The notes below the pieces were generated by a model that worked only from the letters and a program-made list of their open reading frames with translations, was not told the DNA's origin and did no database searches. The position numbers were made by a program, and so were the translations under genes. Shown in pieces: positions 56,301 to 64,000 of a DNA stretch of 64,000 nt (its first letter is position 1; each line of letters opens with the position of its first letter). Origin of the DNA: an uncultured virus (IMG/VR IMGVR_UViG_2061766007_000665) (Duplodnaviria > Heunggongvirae > Uroviricota > Caudoviricetes). The stretch lies in IMG/VR virus record IMGVR_UViG_2061766007_000665. The stretch is one strand, 5' to 3'.

Positions 56301-57267
56301 ACAATGCCCTCAAAAGAGGGCAAAGTGAAAGGAGGAAAAAATGTATGTAAACGCTTGTGCGTTTTACACAATGTTGCGTCCTTCTGCCTGGTATTCTTTG
56401 ATCTTGTTGGCGTAGTAGATTGCAGCATAAACACCATCGAAGATGGGTGCCTTGATCTTGCCAGTATTGTAAAGAGTTTCAAGATCTTTAGAGTGGAGAT
56501 CACCACGATCTACATGAAACACATCAATCACAAAGCTCAGCTTCGCAGGACCGGGAATCGATTTCCGACGTCCAGCTTTCATCATATCCAGGATGCTACG
56601 ATAACTTTGTTTGTTGCGGTATCCGAGAATCATGCCAAACTCTTCTTTTGAGATATCGTTAAACGTTCTCAAAAATTCAATATTTTTCCAAACTTGGAAC
56701 ATTTCCTTATCGCAAGCACGATATTCATTAACCTTGAAGCAACGCCCATCTCTGAACGATCTGGAATACGCGAGTTTTCCCATATTGTCGATGTATTGGG
56801 TTTCGGTGTATTTGAGAGTGATGTCCATATTGGGGTACCTCTTCTTATTGAAGGGATATCTCGCGTGATAACGATCTTCAGGGTTGACAGTGATGGGTGC
56901 GGTGGTGGTGATTACGGTCTTAGCCATTGTTTTGTTCTCCTCTCTTAGAACTACAATAGATAAATAAAATTAATGTTTTAGAACTCAGGCTCATTAAAGC
57001 CAAAGTCTGCATACGATTCGTCCAATCTATCTTCTGAATCATAAAAATAATTCAGAATATCTTTTCTATGCCGTTCATCTGTGAACATATCTTTTGTTGC
57101 ATTTTTTAGAGGCACTAGTGTCTCATAATACATGACACTAAACGGATCGAGCCGTTTGTGCCTTTTGTCGTATTCCTCGACAGCCTTTGATACGAGAGCA
57201 AACTCAAATTTACTGAGTTCAACCACGACGGCTTTTTCATTGCCTTTAAAAGTCATACTGTACCTCC

Positions 57268-57675
57268 TTACAGATTTTTCTGAATATCAGAAATCCATCT
57301 AGCAAAGATTGATTGTTCTTCCGGTTCTTCCTTATTTTCTTCGTTTTTGTCTCTTTTATCTTCGCAGATAAATTCGTAAAGCGGATATAAGCAATATCCA
57401 CTTTCTCCAAAAATTCCAACCGGTTTTGCAAGGCCATTTGTGATAAGGAACTGTTCAGCCCATGAGCAATTATTGACATCAATAAAAGCCATGTTTTCTT
57501 TAAGATGCTCGCAACCACATTCTGGTAATACCGACAATGTCGCATAAGGGCCACAATCGTCCCAGAGCTGAATTCTCAGCCCCATATTCGTTTTAGTGAT
57601 ATCTACGCCGACCTCGATCTGGCCAACAAACGGATCATTTACAGTATACATTTGTTTTCTCCTTTCTAACGCCAA
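57268..57675 (-). CDS. DUF4313-like protein
   Basis: YATLSV, AFIDVNN, FL..NGLA, SGYC.YPLYEF. Confidence 0.7.
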   Translation of the reverse strand: MALERRKQMYTVNDPFVGQIEVGVDITKTNMGLRIQLWDDCGPYATLSVLPECGCEHLKENMAFIDVNNCSWAEQFLITNGLAKPVGIFGESGYCLYPLYEFICEDKRDKNEENKEEPEEQSIFARWISDIQKNL

Positions 57676-58965
57676 ACCTTTTCTTCAATGTCCATTACTT
57701 CTTGAAGAAGTAAGAAATCTCTGTGGAACATTTTCATCGCTGACTTTGCTTCAGACAGCGCCTTCAGATATTTACTGAAATTCTCTTCACTCATTTTTGT
57801 TACCGGAGCCCCACAAGAGAAATAAATTCTGATATCTCCCATGTTGAGTTGTGCCGTGGGTTTATACATTTTGTTGATTGGCATGTCATTAATGGCTGTT
57901 ACTTTGATAATGGTTGTCATTTTATTCTCCTTTCTTGAGCTCATCACGGAGCTCTTTCTTATGGTTCTGTCTATCGTTTGCCTTGTCTTTGGCCGTTCTA
58001 TGAATACGTTTCCAATTTTGGAACAACGGTCGTTCGTCAGCCGAAAGACGAAGATCAGTTTTCTTCTTTTTCTTTTTGCTCATAATAGCCTCTATTCCGT
58101 GGATCGTTAATCCACATTTCATGAAAAGAATTGCAATGATCTATTTGACCTGGATATGCACATCCAGTGCAATCCTTTTCGTTTTTCCAAAACGGACATG
58201 TGACGCATTCTAGCGTCAGAAACCCTTCTAAACAATTATTAGATAACTTAACTTCAGCCATTTTCGTTTCTCCTTTCATTATCAATACAACGAAGTGCTT
58301 TGGCTTACAAAGACGGGCAGGCGGACGCCTAATGGTAAATATCGCGAAGCGATAAATATATCCCCCACAACATGGCGCCTTAAGCTGCCTTTACTAGCCA
58401 GCTACCAATAGCAAGCTAGTAAAGACAGCCCTATATAGGGCTGTATTTTTAAGAAATTGTCCACTGATAATCATAAATCCGCTTATAATAAGCGCCATTT
58501 ACGATTTCAGACTTTCGAACAGCTTTATGAGCCGCTTTTTTGCAAAACACAGAGTAAGAAGAATTGTGCTTTCTTTTAACCCTATCGTCTTTAAGATACA
58601 TACCAACATACCTTTTAGCATGCTGCAGATCTTTTGCCTCCTGCTTTTTCCTTGCATCGTGATTTCGCTGAAGCATGAGCGACTCAGAACGAAGGAAGCG
58701 TTCCCACTCTTTAAAATTAGCAAATTCCATTTCATGCCCTCCTATAAGAAACTAAGCTGTACATCTTCACCGGGTTCTGGTGTAGACTTAAGATATTTTT
58801 TATCGAGCGAAAGTTTAGCTGTTGGCAGTAGGCCTAGCTTTTGCTTTGCTCGAAAAGCAAAATTAGCCAAGGCCTTGGCTTCTGATACAGCCAAGGTCTC
58901 GGCAACGTACATTGGAATAACGGTTATGTCAAACCGTTTTACCGGTCCTTCATATTTGTATTTCA

Positions 58966-60066
58966 TTATTCTTCTCCTTTCTTGCGCATTTCGATCCACT
59001 TATCGGGGTCTTTCTTAAAGTCAAGGAAGTTACCATAGGAGAATTTAGTGGATCCGGTGATGTAGACAAGCGTGGGCACATCGATATATTTATCTTCCAC
59101 GAGATCATTGAATCTCATGAAGAGGTTAAAATCACCAAGCTTTTTGGTGACTTCATTTCCATCTTTATCGACGCTCTTGTAGGTTTCTCCCTTCACAGAA
59201 AGGATATACGTACGAACTTCTTCCACGCTCATGATGTGGGGCTCTCGACGAGTGCGATCGTCCCAATAAAGGTCATTGAAGTCTCCGTTCGGATCAACAT
59301 TACGGAGAATGCCAACTACCTTTCTGGAAATAAGAAGATCAAGCTTATCTTCTTCTGTCATGTTTTCTGCAACCTTTTTCATTGCTTCTGCTTCGCGGGA
59401 ACGATCGATCTGATCAACGGGTTCCTGCCCAAGGGCTTCAGCCCATGCTTGCTCTTTCGTCATGTCACGAAGAATGGAATATAGGAGCTTGTTATCTTCC
59501 CGCATTTGCTGTTGACGACGACGATACTCTTTCATTGTAGTGTTGAACCGATCAAATTCTACACTTTCTTCATATGTCATATTATCAACTACAGCAGTTG
59601 CTTGAACACCGAAGATGTTCATGAAGGTCTTTTTCTTCGGCCAGAAATTGGAGAGGTACTCTTCATATTCAGCGCTAACGCCATCATTATTAATGGCATT
59701 AACAAGATCATAAAGACTTTCTTGGTTTTCGGTTTCTTCACTGGATTTACCAAACCAGTATTTCTTGTTATTGCAGACGATGAATTTAGATCCATACTGG
59801 TCTTCTCCTCCAGTGCATCCGGGGACTTTAGAAAGAAGATCGAACATACGATCTCTTCCTTCGTTGATGCATTCAACTCTTTTAGCAAAGAGTCCATGAT
59901 TGATCTTCTTCAGGAACTTTTCATCAAAGTCCTTTCCTTTAAGCCATTCGATCTGGCCTTCGGTAAGAGGAAGATCTGCGAATCTCTTCGCATCTTCTTT
60001 GGCGGCAGCTTTCAGCATTTCATTAGTAGCTTTCATTTTAGTTCTCCTTTCATAAGAACAAAACAA
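58966..60066 (-). CDS. Hypothetical protein
   Basis: ~357-366-aa ORF, strong RBS before MKATNE. Confidence 0.7.
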   Translation of the reverse strand: MFCSYERRTKMKATNEMLKAAAKEDAKRFADLPLTEGQIEWLKGKDFDEKFLKKINHGLFAKRVECINEGRDRMFDLLSKVPGCTGGEDQYGSKFIVCNNKKYWFGKSSEETENQESLYDLVNAINNDGVSAEYEEYLSNFWPKKKTFMNIFGVQATAVVDNMTYEESVEFDRFNTTMKEYRRRQQQMREDNKLLYSILRDMTKEQAWAEALGQEPVDQIDRSREAEAMKKVAENMTEEDKLDLLISRKVVGILRNVDPNGDFNDLYWDDRTRREPHIMSVEEVRTYILSVKGETYKSVDKDGNEVTKKLGDFNLFMRFNDLVEDKYIDVPTLVYITGSTKFSYGNFLDFKKDPDKWIEMRKKGEE

Positions 60067-61149
60067 TAAATATTATGAAGAGACGATATTGTCCTTCTTA
60101 ATGTGCACCAATAATGATACACATTAAGAAAGGCATATAGCCTTTCTTACAGTTCCCTCCAACTGTAACGAAGAAGAGTTCTTCTAACCCTACCAGACCT
60201 CGCATGCTTAATGAGGAACTCATAAGATCTAATGCACTGATCTTCCAGTGCGTCGCGGAAGATTTCATAATCTTCCTGTACAGACGTCCAAGAAAACTTG
60301 TAGCCTGCGAACAGCATGATTGCTGCGCATGCCTCATAGCGAGGCTCGCATACAGTAATGTTAATTCTAGCCATTTTAGTTCTCCTTTCTTAGAACAGAC
60401 TAAAATAAAAGTACATAATTGTACCTTCTTTAAATGCACCTATGTAGATGCACTTAAAGAAAGCCAATTAAGGCTTTCTAATTACGGATGTAAATTTGGG
60501 CAGTAGATGTGCATATCGCCATCTTTTGCGTGCACCCCATCTGGGGCAACTGTCTGTTTCCCTACGATATCCATAAGTCTGTAATTGTCATTAAACTTAT
60601 AGAGCAGGTTTTCTGGCGTATTTGCCAGATATTCTTTGCGGTTAAGGTAGTTACCGCATGTGATAACAACGTTTCCGTTGTATCCACTCATGGCTATTCT
60701 TGCCACTGTGTTATACACACAGTCAATTGGCAAGCTGGGATTATAGACGGTGTTGATTAACACCATCAAATCATACAGGGAGTTTTTGTCAAACATTTTG
60801 TTACCTCCTTACAGATAGTTATAATAAGTGGTAAGAATTTTATCAGGATTATTAAATCCATAGACAATAAGAAAAATGAACAGAGCAATGACTATAAGAG
60901 ACATTGCAAGTACGAACATAAACGCAAGAAATTGCGTTTTGTTCAGTTTATAGCGTTTTTTCATCATTTTTCTCCTTTCTTTTGATGAAAAACAGACTAA
61001 AAACAAGAGCTAATTTACATTTGGATACAAAAAACAAAAAGAATTCCAAATGTTACCCGGTCTTTTTCCATTACCAAAAATAAAAAATTAAAAAAATNNN
61101 NNNNNNNNNNNNNNNNNNNNNNNNNNNNACAATTGTATACACAATTGCA

Positions 61150-61370
61150 GTTAGTTCCTTTTTCGCACATTTTTTATCAAAAAAGGAACTAACCGATTCC
61201 ACTTTTTCTTATGCTGGACTCACTTTTCAGTACCTCTTAAACCATTGATTTTATGCCATTTCTCGAACCCCTCAAAAATTTGGTGTTTTTCGCACCTCAC
61301 GAGCCTTGAAATTTCAATGGGTTTCGTTAGTTCCTTTTTTGCGACTTTTTTGTTAAAAAAGGAACCCTAA
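61150..61370. repeat. Two related palindromes GTTAGTTCCTTTTT-N-AAAAAGGAAC
   Basis: Copies at ~61150-61193 and ~61326-61369 at the divergent strand switch. Confidence 0.8.
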
Positions 61371-61539
61371 TAATAATATAGTACTTAATAGAAAAAAATA
61401 TACAAACCATATCGGAGATACTTCCACTATTGCTTTACACACACCACATACTTATACACCTCCGGCGNNNNNNNNNNNNNNNNNNNNNNNNNNNNNNCAT
61501 CATCACAATAGACTCTAAAAAAAATAAAAAAATTTTTTC

Positions 61540-61575
61540 AAAACACTTGACAACTGCTTTTGATTATGTTAGAAT
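61540..61575 (+). promoter_or_regulatory. Sigma-A-type promoter, TTGACAACTGCTTT class
   Basis: TTGACA 61547, TGT-TAGAAT 61570. Confidence 0.85.
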
Positions 61576-61665
61576 TTAGGCAAGGTTGGTCGGTTGGCAT
61601 ATACCTATCTATCATCTTACATAAATTATAGCTTTACTTAAGGAGAACAAATAAGTATTACTATC

Positions 61666-62433
61666 ATGTCTAAAGAAGCAAAACGTAACTCACTCTATTT
61701 TCAGATTCCAAATTCTATCATTCAATATGCATGCAGCCCATGTTATATTGAAAACCATAATTCTATGGTGCTACCTGTCTATCTATATTCAGCAGTAAAT
61801 TTTCAATATCATAATGACTGTAAGGNNNNNNNNNNNNNNNNNNTAGCCTCTACTTTTGATCATACTAATAACAAGCTTTGGAAAGATGTCCGCGATGCAT
61901 TAAAGCTCCTTCATTCCGGATACAACACAACAATCTTTACTCCAGAATTGAAGATTAAATCTAAATCGATTGACATTCCTCAATCTATTGAATATAAAAT
62001 GCATATAGATAATGTTTCGAAGACTGATCGTATAGAATATTACTTTCTTAATAGATATGCGTCTTTTGCGTCTGGTGAAAGTATGAATGGATATACTACA
62101 TTCTATCATGACGAATATAATTATCTAATAGATTCTATTTCATACGCTAATGATAATTCTCCAAAAGATATAAACTTGGTCCAACTTATTACCGTATATT
62201 CATATTTCAAAATGCAGATTCAGTATTTTAATAGCCTTTCTAAAAATTCTGCTTTTGATTATTCGTTTAGACAAACACTTGACACAATATCTACTAATTT
62301 GTGTATGGCTAGACGTGTATTAATGAGATACATTAACTTTTTATATGATATTGGTATGATTGACTTTGATAAACAAGATTCAGGATCAAGAAACTCTCGT
62401 GTATATACGCTTTCGATGCGTTGGAAAAAATAA
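61666..62433 (+). CDS. Protein with C-terminal winged HTH (Rep/regulator-like)
   Basis: YFQIPN start; QTLDTISTNLCMARRVLMRYINFL..IGMI...NSRVY. Confidence 0.6.
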   Translation: MSKEAKRNSLYFQIPNSIIQYACSPCYIENHNSMVLPVYLYSAVNFQYHNDCKXXXXXXXASTFDHTNNKLWKDVRDALKLLHSGYNTTIFTPELKIKSKSIDIPQSIEYKMHIDNVSKTDRIEYYFLNRYASFASGESMNGYTTFYHDEYNYLIDSISYANDNSPKDINLVQLITVYSYFKMQIQYFNSLSKNSAFDYSFRQTLDTISTNLCMARRVLMRYINFLYDIGMIDFDKQDSGSRNSRVYTLSMRWKK

Positions 62434-62459
62434 TTTTTGTTTTCCTGAAGTTTTTTTCA

Positions 62460-62495
62460 AAAACACTTGACAACTGCTTTATTTTGTGGTATAGT
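62460..62495 (+). promoter_or_regulatory. Sigma-A-type promoter, TTGACAACTGCTTT class
   Basis: TTGACA 62467, TGG-TATAGT 62490. Confidence 0.85.
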
Positions 62496-62584
62496 ATACA
62501 TGTAAACAAAAAAGACACAAGAGATTGTGTCAGATGTAGAATTTTAACCGAAAGGAGAAATATGAAGTAACATATATTATTGAA

Positions 62585-63241
62585 ATGTCTAGTAAGCCGA
62601 ATACAAAACAAAAAATATTCTGGGACGTCGATGATGTTATATTAAATACATCAGAAGCTATTATTGATATTATTAATCAGAAATATCGCGTCCCAAATGG
62701 CCTTAAGCCAAAAACAGAAGATGATCAAAAGTCCTGGGGATATAAATCTATATATAGATCGTTTTCTGAAAGTCAGTTATTTGAAATTTTAGAATCCAAC
62801 GAATTTTGGAAAAAGGTTAGGATTAATAAAGATTTTAAGCGCATTCTTGATACTGGAATGCTTGATAACTATAACAATGTTCTAGTTACAAAAGGGACTC
62901 TTACAAACCTTTCTCTTAAAATTGGATATCTTAAATCACATGGACTTAATTGTGATAGAGACTTCGTCTATGATCCTATCGTAATCGAAGCTGGAGAAAG
63001 CGCTACTGATAAATCTGCAATTGATATGCGTGGAGCTATTCAGATAGACGACAATATTACTAATCTTATAAATACTAACGCGCACATCAAAATTCTTATC
63101 AAAAATAATCATGATACCGTCTTTAATAATTCGTTTGGCCATTATACGGACAAAATTGACCCTGACGATATCTTTTACGAAGTAAACACAATCTCTGAAA
63201 TTGAAGAGATTTTAAAATTTAATCTAGAATACAAGCTTTAA
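62585..63241 (+). CDS. HAD-family 5'(3')-deoxyribonucleotidase-like protein
   Basis: WDVDDVI, VT, K, DKS, QIDDN..NL. Confidence 0.8.
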   Translation: MSSKPNTKQKIFWDVDDVILNTSEAIIDIINQKYRVPNGLKPKTEDDQKSWGYKSIYRSFSESQLFEILESNEFWKKVRINKDFKRILDTGMLDNYNNVLVTKGTLTNLSLKIGYLKSHGLNCDRDFVYDPIVIEAGESATDKSAIDMRGAIQIDDNITNLINTNAHIKILIKNNHDTVFNNSFGHYTDKIDPDDIFYEVNTISEIEEILKFNLEYKL

Positions 63242-63257
63242 TTTAAAAAAGGACAAC

Positions 63258-64000
63258 ATGAAACCAAATCGTTTGTATTATGTTGTCAAGCTATCTTCAT
63301 CTTTACTTAAAGAANNNNNNNNNNNNNNNNNNNNNNNNNNNNNNNNNNNNNNNNNNNNNNNNNNNNNNNNNNNNTAGAGATATTACAGGGCAAAAAATTG
63401 ATAGAGACATACTTGAAGAGTGGTATTCTGAACGTGATAGATTAAAAAAGAAAAAGAATAATACTAAAGAAACTCGAACAAAGATAAAAGAACTCCAAGA
63501 CAATATATACAACATGATGTATATAAAAGAATACATCACAGTTGTTATGGAAAATGAGAAAGATTATGAGCACATGTTCAAACATGGCTTTGAATTTAAT
63601 GGCCGTGTATATAGAAGAATGAGCTGCTCAGCTTCTCAGGCCAGAGTTTCAACTATAGTATTTGTAGATGAGTCTATTAAAGATGAATTAAAAGATAGAC
63701 TTGATAACGGAAGAGATTTAAATCATCTGTTAGCACCTAGTAAATATAATGCATACTTTGGTTTATATTCTTCTGCGATTAAGCAAGTTAGGAAACCAAG
63801 ATTCTGCATTGTAAAAGACTATACCGAAACCAGACAAGTAGACGTTGATTATGTTATTGAGACAGATAAAGACTCTGATGATATAATCGAACCTAGAACA
63901 GTTGATGTTGACTTTAATCTATTTGACGGATCCGGTATGATCAGTCCTGAATTTGCTGCTAAATGGGCAGAAGATTTAGGTGAAGATTATGTACCTTGTC
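63258..64000 (+). CDS. YonO-like single-subunit RNA polymerase (cellular RdRP homologue), N-terminal part, runs off window
   Basis: Manual translation: GFEFNGRVYRRMSCSASQARVSTIVF, SKYNAYFGLYSS, FDGSGMISPEFAAKW. Confidence 0.8.

Noticed and set aside
1..64000. Stop-codon reassignment or suppressor tRNAs
   Set aside because: Conserved genes are intact in code 11; the TAA, TAG and TGA triplets in tRNAs are Leu/Ser anticodons, not suppressors

Overview
Gapped draft scaffold (many N runs) of a large, AT-rich dsDNA bacteriophage. Its sigma-A-type promoters, strong AAGGAG ribosome-binding sites and gene set suggest an anaerobic Firmicutes (Clostridia-like) host. Positions 1-41 kb (+ strand) hold replication and nucleotide genes: DnaE, RecD2-like helicase, DEDDh exonuclease, a redoxin-NrdD-NrdG-FTR-like block, PNK-HD, RNA ligase, NAD ligase, ThyX, a sigma-like factor and an IscS-like protein. 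This arm also contains a ~10 kb RNA island (17.2-27 kb) with 15 tRNAs interleaved with a ROOL-like RNA, a GOLLD-like RNA, tRNA-mimic RNAs and unclassified structured spacers. An iteron array with an AT-rich tract and an HTH Rep-like gene lies at 38.4-39.4 kb. Positions 41.7-61 kb (- strand) are an accessory/early-type block (stand-alone BRCT, GP88-like, DUF932, MoxR ATPase + VWA, PcfJ, a second tRNA-Ile(UAU), a long-stem ncRNA candidate). From 61.5 kb (+ strand) come a second HTH protein, a HAD nucleotidase and the start of a YonO/RdRP-like RNA polymerase that is missing from the ORF track. Promoters sharing TTGACTTTAGC recur across the window. All family assignments come from motif recognition by eye, not database searches.
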